Of a stretch of 64,000 nucleotides of DNA, positions 34,461 to 47,910 are shown one piece after another. The notes beneath the pieces were generated by a model. It made no database searches. It saw only the letters and a list, made by a program, of their open reading frames with translations, and had not been told where the DNA came from. How positions within the stretch are numbered: the first letter of the stretch is position 1; every line of letters starts with the position of its first letter. Location of the stretch: the NCBI RefSeq assembly GCF_018977255.1, contig NW_024704742.1, positions 43,092,001 through 43,156,000 of the forward strand, written 5' to 3'. A program made the position numbers and the translations under genes. The stretch comes from Callorhinchus milii. Taxonomy: Eukaryota.

Positions 34461-35149
34461 ATATTTCATTTAACTGCATATCATGTTCGCCTGCTCAGTT
34501 AAGAAACACATCTTACCTCCCTCTGAAAAAAATCCAGAGCAGAAGCCACACTTCAAAAGACTTAATGTTCCTTCCTATATCTTCAGATACTTATTTTCAG
34601 CATTCACTCCAAAACTAGAGAGTGACGTGAAGTGTGATTTTCGGGCACATTCACACATAATTTTGTTCTTCCAGTGCTCTCACTAACTTAACTCCATGTT
34701 TCCTGAAAAAAAATCCCCTTATATTTCCATAAAGTATTCAAATTCATGTTCCTAAACCTACCATGGCACATTTTAAACATTGTATTATGTGGTTAAAACA
34801 ATTTAAAATCTAACGGTTGCATTCTAAGCAAATATAGTTACACTCTAAAGCTGAATATTATAAATATATTTCCAGAATACAATGAATGCCTCTTCTTTAC
34901 AGTAAGTATATTTATGCATTCGGGTTAAAAGGAATCTTCAACAGCTGTTTCCACCCCTCGTGATTCCAAGTCGTGCCATTTACAGCTGTTGTGTTTCTGG
35001 TTTGCTCACTGCTATGCTGTAGTTTGTGCTTTTAACCCTTTCAATACCTCAACTGAATGAATCTAGATTTTTTTTAAGCATTCAGTTTAAAGCTGATTTT
35101 CAGCAAAATTAATTATGATTAGTTGTCAACAAACAAGGGAACATAACCT

Positions 35150-35392
35150 GCTTTATGTCCCCCGCCCTGCCTGACCTGCCACCACTCTCCAAAACTCCAG
35201 CGGCTCTCCCCTTCCTTCAAAGACCATCTCAAGACCTTCTTCTTTGACCACATCTTCAGTCATCTTCCCACTCCTATTCATCCCACCCTCCCAAATCCAA
35301 CCCTCAGCTTGGATGCAGACCCTCAAGTGTCCAATGCTTGGGATGTCCTCCTGATGTGAAAGGTACTATATAAATGCAATTTGTTGTTGTTT
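35150..35392 (+). mobile_element. L2 3' end fragment
   Basis: TTGGGATGTCCTCCTGATGTGAAAGGTACTATATAAATGCAATTTGTTGTTG. Confidence 0.8.
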
Positions 35393-36447
35393 CAGGGTTA
35401 AGTTGAAGGCTAATTTGGCTTAGCTGGTTTCACTTTAGGCTCTGTATTAGAAGATTATTAATCTAATCTAATACATCAAGATTTGTTTAATACCAATCTG
35501 GTTTGGATACTCTTAAGTATGGTGATGGGTTTCCAGATGTGTAAGAACCAAACAAAAAATAATGATCCTGGGCACTATTAGGGGAATGCTGCACTGTTGG
35601 GGAGGGGTTATTCTTAGATAAAGTGTTAGAACAAGGTCCCAGATGTCTAACATCAAGAAGCCACTTGTGACCCATGAAACTATTTGAAAGAGAAGGATAT
35701 TTATTTTTGGTATGTGATCAGCAATCCTTCAGGTTAATCAATCATTCATTTAATGGCTGGTTTTTGCTGTGTGCAAAATGGCTACGTGTTTTACCAATAA
35801 AAAAAAATACTTGACAATAATTTCTATGAAGCACTTTACAATGTTTCAACATATAAGGTACTATCACAAGATCACAAGATTAGTTTCAATCAAGAGGGCC
35901 TTTTGACCTATTCGTTCTCATCCTTGAAGACAAAATACACATTCACTGCACTTTATAATGTATCCTGTGAAGCTTTGAGACTTTCCCCTAACATGAAAGG
36001 TTCTATGTCAACTGTAAGGATTATTTTAACTATTTAACTAAAAATATTGCTGTCCTAAAAAGGATGCAGGCTATAAATCTTTACATAACAGGAGGAGCAG
36101 ATTTTCAATCATTTCTCGCAGTCTATAAGTTATATATAAGCAATAAATTGCAAAAGTCCAGGATAGAAATTCAAGAGCAGATGGGGTAGTGATAGTGTAC
36201 TCCCCAGAGATAACAAACCTGGGTAATGAAAGCTCCCATTTCATTTTCCATGAGTCATATCTAGAGACTGCTGAAGTGGCGAGGAAACAGGAAAGAGGGA
36301 GGAACACAACATATGTCATTCTATTCTTTGTGACTTGGAATATTGGTGGATGATAAATTAACATAAAACTGTGCATAACTTTGAGATGTCCTGCAGACAT
36401 GAAAGGCGCTAAATAAATGTAAATAGTTATTGTAATATTATGATGAC

Positions 36448-36795
36448 AGCAACAACAACAACAAAGTACATTTGTAAAGTGCCTTTCACGTCGGGAGGAC
36501 GTCCCAAGGCAATCAGTCAGGGATCAGGACCCGAGCGTGGGGGGGCAGGGTTGGGATGAGGGAGGCCAGAGGGGGTAGGAGGGCGGCTGAAGGCACGTTC
36601 GAAAAGGAGGGTTTTGAGTCGTGCCAAGAGAGGGAGCAAGGCAAAGAGATTGTGGGATGGAGTTCCAAAGGGTGGGGCAGAGAGGCTGAAAATCCAGTCG
36701 CCGATGGTAGGACGGGTCGGGCAGGAGACATGGAGCAGGCCAGAGCCTGCTGAATGGAGGGAGCGGACCGGTTGATAAGGGGCCAGCAGGTCATA
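36448..36795 (-). mobile_element. L2 3' end fragment
   Basis: CAACAAC..TGCCTTTCACGTCGGGAGGACGTCCCAAGGC tail plus G-rich body. Confidence 0.85.
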
Positions 36796-37504
36796 CAGTT
36801 GAAATGGTTTCCAAATTGCCTGCTGAGAAATGAGAGTCTCTATATAGTGGGTAAATAATAGGAATAGAAAATAAACGTGGAAGATGGATTTTTTTTACCA
36901 AACTCTTAGCCTGAAAGATCAAATTTCCAATTTCAAATGTTAAAATTTGGGAATTTAATTGAAGACGTGTGTAAACTGCAAATATTAATATATGGACTTG
37001 CCTAATCCCCCCATATTCCAGAAAAAGTGATTCAATTGCAATTTGATGATGCAGATATTGTCGCGGTAATTTGAGAATTGAATAAAGAAGGTTGGGTTAC
37101 AGTTGCACACTGAAGCAGAATTAGCTACTGAGGAGAGAATCAAAGGTAAAATAGGGGATGGCTACAGAGAGGCATTAGTTAAGCAGACAGCATTGAAAGT
37201 GATCAATGGTAAAAGGAAAATGATTAGTTGAGGAGATATGGAAATAAATTTACAGCTACAAGAGTAGCATGGTTAATTTCTTTGCCGTGGACCATTTTTA
37301 ACCTAAAGTATGCTTTGTTATCTATCCAAACAGATTCACCTGCTGTTTAATGTTTATTCTGAATTTCGCTGAGACTTCTGCAACAAGGCATCTTTAACAT
37401 TTTCATGTTTTGCATGTTGAGCTTCTTCCAGAGTTCTATCTGGGCATTTATTTTTCTATTAGGATCTTTTTAATTATGTAAATAATTAATTATGTACTTT
37501 AAAT

Positions 37505-37890
37505 ATGTAGCTCATTCAAAACTCTGCCACCCACACAACAACCCAGACCAAACTCTGTACCTGCATCTCACCAGTTCTGGCCAGGCTCCACTGGCTCCCC
37601 ATCACCGATCCTTACTCTCGTGTTCCAATCCATTCATTCCCTAGCACCTCCCTACCTCTCCAACCTCCTCATTCTCCAAACCACAACCCGGCGTCTCCAC
37701 TCGACCTGCTCGTCCCAACCACCCTCCGCCCCACCATCGGAGGTCACACTTTCAGCCACTATGCCCCAAAACTCTGGAACACTCTCCCTCAATCCCTCCA
37801 CCTTGTCCCCTCTCTCCCCTCATTCACGTCCCATCTGAAGACTTTCCTCTTTGACCGTGCTTACGGCTACCTCCTCCCTACCCCATTCTT
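37505..37890 (+). mobile_element. L2 ORF2 C-terminal fragment
   Basis: Reads IQNSA...PVLARLHWLP, then HSLAPPYLSNLL, then CTCTGGAAC. Confidence 0.8.
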
Positions 37891-38123
37891 TGCGATATCA
37901 GGCATTAGTTAAGATCATTTCTTCTGTCACTAGAAATTTCCTTCTAATTTCTGTCAGCAATAATTCTGGAGGATCAACCTTCTACGCATCAATTGATAAC
38001 AATTTAAACTTTAAGAGCCTGAACAGTTCATCTTTTAATAACTGTCGACTTCTCCTAATGTAATATTCTATTTCATTCCTCACCAATAATGGGGAAAGGG
38101 AGGGATCTAAAATAATATTCATT

Positions 38124-38553
38124 TGTCAGCCTGGCTCGGTTGGTAGCACTTTCACTTTGAGTCAGACGTTTGTGAGTTCAAGATCCATGTTAGGACTTGG
38201 AATCCATATAGTCTAAGCTGACACTCCAAAGCACTGCTAGGGATGTTGCATTGTCGGAGGTGCCATCCTTAGGATGAGACGTTATATCGAGGTCTTGTGT
38301 GCCTGTTCATGTCGAAGGTCCCATCGCATGATTCAAAAAGAGAAGGGAGTTTCTCCTAGTGTCTGGCCCAATTCCCCAAATAAAATATTGGTCACTCTAA
38401 AGCTGTTTGTGGGTCATTGCTTTGCACATATTGGCTGTTGTGTTCGTCTTCAAAATACTCATGGTCACATCACTTCACAGTATATCTTGTGAAGTGCTTT
38501 GAAAGGTCTCAATAACATGATAAGGTGCTGTATGAAATGCAAGGATTATTATT
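38124..38553 (+). mobile_element. Old tRNA-headed DeuSINE, full length
   Basis: TGTCAGCCTGGCTCGGTTGGTAGCAC..GAGTCAGA..GTTCAAG head, GTCGGAGGTGCCATCCTTAGGATGAGACGTT body, Deu core, tail ATGCAAGGATTATT. Confidence 0.9.
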
Positions 38554-39242
38554 TATTACTCACCTAAACTGCCTTAATTTGGGCTTGTAGTTTGGTAATA
38601 TAGAGTTGTGAAATTTGCAGTTGTCAAATTGGAAATCCCAAGTCAGAAAAAAGGAAAATGCATGGGAAATGGCTGCTTTGGCTAACTTGCCATTCATGAT
38701 TTATCAGTCAAACATGTAACACATTGATATTTGCAAACTAACCATTGCAGTTCACTCTACAAATTTGGTTTGTGTTTTCAATCTCAATAATAGAAATCAA
38801 TTTTGGGTTTGGGGCACCAAAATGAAGGATAATTTGTCTGGATATCCATGTTTTGACTAACTAAATTCCATCAAAAAAATTGTGAAATGTTTTATATGTG
38901 CATGTCATCTTCTGATTCATATCATTCCTGTGTACTGTTTCTGGAGAAAAAAAGACAGAAAATTGTTTCAGTTCAGAAAAATGACAAGCAATGGAATTGC
39001 ACTGAAAGGTAAGCAGTTCATTACTATTTAGAAAAATGCAAAGTCAAAATTTCAAGCAAAGATGTTTCAGATGTGTAAGCTGTAGCACTGAAGACCACAT
39101 TAAAAGGAATAACATGAATAAAAATAATTGTTATTGGTATAAGACATATGGAGTTTTAGTTTTCTTTCATGTGTAGTTTTCATCTCTGCTAATGGTGTGA
39201 AGGAAAACTGTCAACACTGTTCCTAATAGTAGTTTCTCTGCT

Positions 39243-39261
39243 ATCCCACTAGAGGGCAAAG
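39243..39261 (+). promoter_or_regulatory. CTCF-like binding motif
   Basis: ATCCCACTAGAGGGCAAAG matches the core CCAC(C/T)AG(A/G)GGGC. Confidence 0.5.
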
Positions 39262-39959
39262 GTATTAATATATTTACCTTCAGTAAAAATCTGTCCTCCA
39301 GGAAGTGCATCCTTGTGTTTGGAATATGAGACTATATGACTTTTACCTACATCAAATTAATGTATTTTAACTCAATGCTATTACTTGCCTTGTGTTTTCC
39401 ATGTTTATTGGGTAAAATTTACAAACTCAAATTGCTTGAAAATAAGCCTTGCATTTTATATACTGTAGTGCTTTTCACATCAAGAGGACATCTCAAAGTG
39501 CTTCATATGATATACTGTAAGGCATAGTGAATGTATAATTTGTAGGCCAATTTTCACACAACAAAGTCTTGCAAGTAACCATGAAGTGAATGACCAATTT
39601 TATTTGGTATAGGATATTTAGTGGACTTAACCTGAAAGAGTTAAATGGTTTTGAACTTAAAAGAGTGATTTTTTTTCAGAGTGGGAGAGTGAGCACTGAT
39701 CAATTCTGGCACGTGAATGATGACAGTGTGTCTCTGGAAAGACATGAATTGAATATCGAAAGTCCGAATGAAACTCCCAAACCGCTCACAGCATGACCAA
39801 TAATCGCCACAATAAGGTCATCATTGACCTCAGGAACAAGTCTGGGGTGTATTAATATTGATTTTGTTCAGAAAAACATGGCAAAAAGGAGAAAACAATG
39901 GCAGGAGAGTAGCAGAGGTGGTGAGGGTCTAGTGATTCCCAAAGATAGCTTCAATGAGG

Positions 39960-40700
39960 CAACTACTATCATCATAGTGGACGTACTAATGGAGCTTCTT
40001 TTTGGTGCAAACCTGGTCTGCCCTTCATTCGGCCAACACTGGCCTCTTCCTCTCTAACTGTCCCACCCTTTGCAGACAGGCTTTCAGCTACTTGGAGCCT
40101 GCTCTCTGGCACTCCATTCGCAGTTCCCTGCAACCTGCTCCCTCCCCCTTTTCTTTCTTTCAAAGTATGTCTCAAAACATACCACTTTGATTGCACGTTC
40201 AGTCAGCTCTCCTCTTCTCACCCCTTCCCCTCCTCCTACCTATCGTCCTCAACTCCAGTGCCCATCCAGAACTGTCAAGCTTTCGGTCATTCTTCAAAAG
40301 TGAAAGGCATTATATAAGTTAAATTATATTTTAATGTAGGGTTCAAGTCCTGTCCATAAATAGCCCTTTACACTCATCCTCTCTATTCTTGCCAAGCTCC
40401 ACAGGCCCTCTGCCCTCACCAAAATACTCTCCCCCCCCCGTGCCCTGCACCCCCCCCCCCCACTCCCCCAAATTGATTTGAAAATCCGCAACCTCATTTG
40501 AAAATCTGTAACCAGACGTCTCAGACCATACTCTCCACTCCTCATTCTACCATCAGAAGATGAACCTTTAATCACCAAACCTCTACCTCCTGGAATTATT
40601 TGTAAAATTGTTTATCTTGCAACCAAGTTTTAAAAGTTCCATAAAGACCTATCTCTTTGATTGTGCATTTGGTTATCTCTAAATTTACTCCCATTACTTG
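39960..40700 (+). mobile_element. Two decayed L2 3' fragments with embedded poly-C tracts (40430-40469)
   Basis: GCTTTCAGCTAC..CTCTGGCACTCC, TGAAAGGCATTATATAA tail, and CTTGCCAAGCTCCAC..ATTGATTTGAAAATC. Confidence 0.6.
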
Positions 40701-41011
40701 CTCAGTGTCTGCTTGCACCGATTTTAAACAATTCACAAGATTGGATGAAGAAGGCTCTTCAGCCTATCTGATCCCTGCAGAATACCCACACTAGGTTACA
40801 AAATTGAGATGTTATCTTACTTACTTGTATCTTTTCAGATCGATATTATTTATTTAATGCAGGTGTATTGATATTTTGAACAATAGTTCTTAAGCTCTAT
40901 AATTCATTTAAAACCATTCATATTTGCTCTATTTTGACCAGTTCTATCTGTTCATGTTAACTGAACACTAAAATGATTCTGATAAGCAAAGGAGTTGTAG
41001 GAGGCCATCAT

Positions 41012-41292
41012 TAAATAATACTTGCATTTGATGTAACATCCAGAAGCACTTCTTGACAAGTGTGATTGGATTTCTAAGCAAATGCAAATGTAATAGTCAA
41101 TTTGCACAAAGCAGCTCTCACAAACAGCCATGGAGTGAACAAGCAATCAGTTAAATGGCTCATCTGAATGCCGACATCTCTGACAATGCAGTTTTCCCCC
41201 TGTAATGTACTGGAGGTTATCCTAGAATGTGGGGCTTGATCCCATAATCTTCTGACCTACTGAGAAAAATACTATCAACAGAGCCAAGCTCG
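41012..41292 (-). mobile_element. Old DeuSINE, degraded
   Basis: TACTTGCATTTGAT tail, AATTTGCACAAAGC..CACAAACAGC core, CTATCAACAGAGCCAAGCT head. Confidence 0.7.
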
Positions 41293-42099
41293 TACCTTAT
41301 TAAAGCATGAGATGACAATAACTTACCTGAATTATATAACAATCTGTTTGATATCTCCCTAATAGAAAAGGTAGCTAAACATCCTCTAACATTTCCTTAT
41401 TGTAAAAAAAAATGGATAAAGAAAGGTCCTGGAACATGTAACCAGCTTTATTATGGTAGATGAGTACATAACCTGTTAACGCCATTTAGCTGCAAATTTG
41501 ATGGAATGAAATCCAGTAAAACAAACCTTTAACAAAAAACAGACTGATGAGTCTGCCACAAATTCTGCTGATGCAACCAAGCGGATGACATACAAGTCTA
41601 ATTATAAACTAAATTTTGATTTATGGCAGAATTTCATATAATATTGAGCTAAGTTGTGAAATGCTTCTTAAAAGTGTGTGTGTTTGTGGGATTGACCCAA
41701 ATGCAGTGACTTTACAGTTCTTTTCTTCTCTTTCAAACTTTCTGGCAGAGTTAAAAAGTATCAGTGTTGTTCTGGGGTTGTTTTTGTTTTTTACACCCAC
41801 TTTCTAGGTCAATTCGCAGTTTCCTCTTTTCCAAATAATAGAAGCTTTCCTCATAACCTAGTTTACTAAGACCTAATGCATTCACTGTATTCTCATCTCT
41901 GTACCTCTGAAAGGCAATACTATATTTCCTAAGATTAGAATTACACACAATATATCAAATGTGTCTTAGAAGGTGCAATATTTCAAATGTGTCTGAGTAG
42001 TGCAAACAATTCCTATAATAATTTGCAATGTTCCAAGAACTGTTCTCAGATAGAAGATCTAATGCTATTTTAGAAAAATACAACACACTATCTATCATA

Positions 42100-42502
42100 T
42101 AATAAATAAATCCTTACATTTGGTAAAGCGCCATTTACGTCGGGAAAATGTCCCAAAGTGCTTCACAGGATATACTGTAGAGTGCAGTGACTGTGTTTTG
42201 TGCACGAACGGGGCAGCCAATATGTGTACAGTAATGTCCCAGAAACAGCCGTGTGGTGAGTGACCAATTTTTATTTGAATAGTGCCACGGGGTCTTTAAT
42301 GTCCACCTGAACAGGCAGGCGGGGCCTTGGTTTAACGTCTCATCCAAAGGACGGCACCTCCAACTCATTGTTGCAGTCCACCCCCAGCACTGGATTGGGG
42401 TGTAAGCTGGGACTGCATGAGTTCCAAGTCCCGACATGGGGCTTGAACCCACAAACTTCTGGCTCAGAGAGGAGAGTGCCACCAACTGAGCTTGGTTGAC
42501 AC
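42100..42502 (-). mobile_element. Old tRNA-headed DeuSINE, full length
   Basis: CCTTGGTTTAACGTCTCATCCAAAGGACGGCACCTCC...CTTGAACCCACAAACTTCTGGCTCAGAG..GAGTGCCACCAACTGAGC. Confidence 0.9.
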
Positions 42503-43936
42503 ACATATATGTAAGAAATCATAACTTTTTGGATCGTTGGCATTATGAAAAGTAAAATTCCAGACTTTTAGTGCAGCAATTTAGGAAGGTCTAGGATTAT
42601 GTTACTTATTTCTCTAGTTGCTTTACTATGTGTGTTGTTTCTGAGAAAAGGTTACTATTATAGTTAATTTGAAAAACATTAACTTAGGCACTGTCTGGCA
42701 TATTTCCTTTTACCTTTGGAATGTCGTTGAAATTCAGCGAAGGTGCAGGAATAGAAGAGTATTATCCTATTCTGTCTGATACTTGTCAAGAAACTAAATG
42801 AGAGGATTCTGTGTAGTTTCAATCCAATAATAGCTTTTGATTTTGAAATGTAGTAACAAGCAGATTGATTTTATTGTTGCTGTTATTTCCATTTGATGTT
42901 AAACTAGGTTTCTGTTCTTTGTGGCTACTCACGTTACAAAATGTTAAAATTATTTGCCATAGATTGGAATCAAGAAGAAATGAAATCAACTGGAATTGTA
43001 CATTGCAGAAATAAAGAGGCACAAGTGAAGTCTTTTTGTGTGTGTGTATACTGTAGCATATAGCATGTAGCCTATAATTTCACAGAGCCAGAACAAATAT
43101 TACCACATGTTTAGCAGTATTGCTGTACACTTGTACAGGAACAAAAATAAAAACAAACCAATAGTTGGTCAAAGGCATTACAAAATATCCAGTAACAGAA
43201 AGCTTACAATATTATTTTCAGCTAATTTTGACCTCAGTTCCCACTTGTTAAAAACACCTGTAGCAGCATTTACTGAGCCAGTATTGAGTTCTGTCATTAA
43301 GATCAATGGTTTGCAAAACATCCCCCTCTAAGCACTAAAAACTGTCTGAGGAAAAATTTCTCAACACTTTCTTAAATTTAAATTAACAACCACATGTCAA
43401 ATATGCCTAGCAGCTCCAGCTTCCTTGAAACATCTCTGACACAAATTGTCTTGATATTTGCATCTCGGATGGAAGGATCCAGGTATGTTTAATTTTGAGC
43501 TCTATAAGTGAGCCTACTTTCAAATTATTTACATTGCACAGGCTGGTTGCCATGCTCTCTACCATCTATCTTGCAAAAAAATCCTGAGCAGCAATCTCAC
43601 ACCAGTTTAAGCTCCTACAGTTGCAACTGATTAGAAATGGATGATTTCAACCTTCTACCTGGAACTTATTGATGTTTTTTGAGTGTGAGGATTTAAGATT
43701 TGGACTCTCATGTATTGTGCTCAGTGTAGCAATACGTGGTAGTATGCAAACTGAATGAATTTTGGGCAACTACTGAACAGGAATGCTAATGTCCTGTATA
43801 AATCTTGTAAGTTGAAGGCAGATGGAGTTTTCTGTCAACAAGTGTTCTGGCTGTTCTATTGAATGCAGATTGCTCCTCATGTACCACCTTGCTCCTTCCA
43901 GTAACTCACTCATGTGTGTGAATTTTTGGTTCAAGT

Positions 43937-44170
43937 AATAACAATAATAATAATAATCCTTGCATTTGATATAGCACCTTATCATGCAGTTGACTCATCT
44001 CAAAGCGCTTCACAGAAAATACTATAAAGTGTGTATTTACTATACATTTTGTGTGTGAAACACAGCAGCCAATTACAACAGCATTGTCCCACAATTGTCA
44101 TGGATTGAGTGACCACTCTTTTTTTTGGGGGGGAAGGGGGATTGTTCCCCCCAGAAAGCGATCTGCCAAT
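43937..44170 (-). mobile_element. Young SINE 3' part (long-body variant)
   Basis: (AAT)n CCTTGCATTTGATATAGCACC..CTCAAAGCGCTTCACAG..GGATTGAGTGACC. Confidence 0.85.
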
Positions 44171-44739
44171 TTATTATAAAGGTATTAGCAGTACAAAAGC
44201 AAAAACCTTTTCTAAGCAAGTTATGTGATAAAAATTATTCTTTGACCATAAAGGAATTTACTGTAAATTCAACATTGCATCTCTTTTTCCAAATTGGCAT
44301 TGGGCTATCTCTATATAGAAGTACCTGAAGAGACAGCAAATATTTGTCCATTATTGTCTTTTTCGGTGAGATCATCACAGATAATTGGAGAAAAGACAAA
44401 TAATATGGTACATAGATGTTGGTAAGTAGCTATCTGCGTAAGATAGGGAAGGTAAGCTTTGATAAACCATAATTGCTAATACACAACATACAATAATTCA
44501 AAATGTAAATCAGTTAACATGCAAGATAGCAGATCGCAGGATATAAATATGTTCCCTGAGACCTTGCAGCCAAAATCTGGAAAAGTATTTCATACCTCAG
44601 TCAAAAATAGAGGTCCAGAAGGTAGGCCTTTTAGGATCAGCAATCAGTATTCTAAGATTGATAAAATAGAAAGATTATTTTTTTGCTATGATCCTGCAAG
44701 GGGGGAGAGGGGAGATAAAGGAAAAGGTGAGTGGTGTTT

Positions 44740-45300
44740 CCTTGGAGGCTGAGCTGGCTCCAAGGTGCTGTCCTAGACAATGCTTTGTTGGAATTGAGTC
44801 AATCCTCTGTGGTAGTCTCTGTAGCCTGCTATCAGAGGTCAGGCAGGTATGTAGTACCCTATTGCATGCTGATGACAGACCAGCCCATCTGGTTCTTCAG
44901 CAAGAATTGGAGGGACAGAAGAGTCATTTGGGATAGGGATTTTTTGCACTCAGCTAGTGCTAACCCTACAAGCCAAATGCTCATGGATAAGATGGTCTGA
45001 GCTGCATATGCAGCAGAAAACATGCCATGAAGTACTTTCAATGGGAAATTATGTGGTTAAACTGTAGCAGTACCCCAATTCACATAAAGGTTTCCTCAAA
45101 ACTTGGCTCTTGCCTACCTGTGCCTAATAATCTCCAGACTTAAGTAAGTTGGTTGTGTCTTTCCAGGGACAGAGTGAAAATCCCATTCCAGGGAAATTTC
45201 CACATGTAGATGGAATACATATGTAGAACTCTGATGTTGGTTTGGATACTCTTAAGCGTGGAGATGGCTTTCCACATATGTCAGCTGACCCTTCCCCGAC
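44740..45300 (-). repeat. Ancient unclassified repeat family A, longest copy
   Basis: GGTTTGGATACTCTTAAGCGTGGAGATGGCTTTCCACA at one end and GCTGATGACAGACCAGCCCATCTGGTTCTTCAGC near the other. Confidence 0.8.
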
Positions 45301-47499
45301 ACACACTATTTTTGGAATAAAAGACCCATAAATGGGAGCCACAATAGAGTTAAGCAGAAGAAAACCTAGAAAAAACTAGAACTTGGTATTAAGGAGTAAA
45401 GTCAAGAAAGAAATGCACTGGAAAAGTGGAAAGGGAAAAGAAAAGAGGAACTACGTTTGAAATAAATTACTGTGAAAACTGGAATTAGATGTAGGCGAAG
45501 GAAAGCAAACAGAGAGGTTATTGAAGTTAAAGACAGAAGAAAACATAGGAAAAGAAACTGCTCAAGACAAGGCAACAAAGTGAAGGGAGACAGGCATGTG
45601 GCAGAGCCAGTTTAGCAGAAATCACTGGACACTGAAATTGTTTTAAGATTCACAAGAGGCTTTGTTACCAAGTATGACACATAAACTGAAATGTGTCTGC
45701 GACATCTCCAAACCTTTCCCAAACAGCTCTGTAATTTAGTGATAAGGGCATCAGGCCACAGTGGTGCAGAAAACTACTCTGACACAAATTTCTGAAGTTT
45801 GCACTAAACCTGAGGAGTTCATTGCAATATGATCTCTTTGTAATAATTGTGCATTCAGGCATAAGAAAAGTGATCGTTAAAATTATTTCTATTATAAATA
45901 TGGATGTAATGCACATCATGTATAATAATGCATCATTGGAGATGTTACCAGAAGTCATCAAATGCAGAGCAAAATTACCAGGACCTTCTATTTACTTTCG
46001 TTCCAAATATTAAAGCAGTCCCAATTGTCAATTCTGACCAATACAAGGTCGGTCAGCGGTTACTTGCACACTCTGTTTGGCACTGACTCCGATTTCTTCT
46101 CATTCTCATTATGGGATAGTTGAATTGTCAATCAACTTTGAGGAGAAAGGACAGTATCCATCTCCTTTGACATTCCTTACTTCGCAGATATCTAACGGCT
46201 CATATACTGAGGGCTATGATAGGGCATGTCAACCTACAAACACTTTACAGATAGTGATTCAATAAGAAAATTAAATCTGCACTACTGGAAATTTCAAGTT
46301 GATTAAAGATATAGAGTATCCCTTTAAAGGTCTATATGACCTGGATTTCAAAATAGCAAATCCCGACACTGGTGTACTTAAATCTTTCATTATTATTTAG
46401 CCTTTCAGTAATTTTGTACATATTCTTTATCAATTCAATTCAATTACATATCAGCCTCACTCTGAAAATGACAAGTTGTCAGCTCTATTTTCAACACAGC
46501 TAAAAAGAAAGATTTTTGCTTATGGTAAATTGCATTCATTGAAGCATTTGAAAGAAAGTTCAAAAACGTTTAAAGTTCTGCTTTCATGCTTTTAGTGTTT
46601 TCATGTGACAGATTTTATAGTGTGGTAAAATGTTAAAGGTGTTTTATGTCACGTTTGTTAATACTTAAAATGGTATTGTTCTCGAAACAACTGTAAGCCA
46701 TTATTTGCTTTGCTACCAGTTGCACAGGAAATACAAGAGGAGCCAAGTATTGGACTTGTGAGGATTTATTGTAGTTGGCGCTGCACAGACTGTCACAAGG
46801 TCATAGCTGTGCAGAGGTCTGGGAGAAGGGGTATTTCACGGTCAGCAATGTACCTAACTCTATTGCAATTCTGTTTTGGTACATCTTACTAATTATTTGC
46901 AGAGACAATTAATTTCTTGGCATAATACCTTCCAGACTTCCATAACCTAATCTATATCTGGGTGGCTCCTAAAGAGAATCTAATAATTGCCGTAATTGTA
47001 CTACAACTCTTCTGGCTTCTCTCTCATATACTTCTCTGACATATTTTGTTCGTTCACTGATGCCTGCATTCATAGACTTCTATTTATAAATATTTTCCAT
47101 TTAGCTCTGCTGGTGATGATGTGCAGTAAGTGGGTTGGAACCTACCTATGGTAATAATCAATAGTTCATCACATGTTGCACAGTGGCAAAGTAATCTTGA
47201 AGCAGAACAGTAACCAACAAGTGGTTGTTGACATCAATCAGTCTCCATAAATTTCCTCAAAGAAGGGGCAATTGTGTTAAACTCCTGCAAATACAGAATG
47301 ATTGTTATTTATAAGCAAACCATCACAAATACATTTTCGGTAAAACATACAGAGAACTATTGGAAAACAAACTTAACTGCTAGATTGCTATCTACTCCAG
47401 GAAAGTGAGTGTCCCTGTCCAGATAGTTTTGTGGCTTCTCAGCTAGTTTACAGTGCCATTAATATAAAATAAACTGTCAAATGTGTCTGGATTGTCATC

Positions 47500-47910
47500 T
47501 CTGGAATCAGGCACCCTGTTTGACTAATTCCCTGTTTGGCTAAGTATTAGGTATGGGGTTGGTGAAAGCCAACAAATAGGTGACTACAGAGTGTGCAATA
47601 AGGTTCTGCTGGAGCTTAACCAGTTAAACACCACATAGATTGTCAATGTGAGTAAAGTCTGGCAAGCTTCCTGCTGCTGGTCCACTTTGGACCACTATTT
47701 GTACTTTGGCTAGCACAGTTAACAATTAAGAATCTACATTCCCAAGTTCTGCTGATGAGGCAGGCTGGGTGGACTGTCATCAGCAGTTCCCTGGAGTACT
47801 GTGTACCAACCTGTCTCAGGAACCAGACTATTGAGATCACTACACAGAGTTGACTAGATTTTGTTATTCCATTGCAATGCACATCACCTTGGAACTAGTT
47901 CCCTCCATCA
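47500..47910 (+). repeat. Ancient unclassified repeat family A, 3' part
   Basis: TGGCAAGCTTCCTGCTGCTGGTCCA..GCTGATGAGGCAGGCTGGGTGGACTGTCATCAGC..CACCTTGGAACTAG. Confidence 0.8.

Noticed and set aside
34922..35038. 10-bp inverted repeat GGGTTAAAAG/CTTTTAACCC enclosing two CAGCTG
   Set aside because: Too short to distinguish from chance, and no second copy was seen.
47750..47784. CTGATGA as a hammerhead core or snoRNA C box
   Set aside because: No GAAA catalytic partner or properly placed D box was found. The motif is simply one arm of the family-A hairpin.
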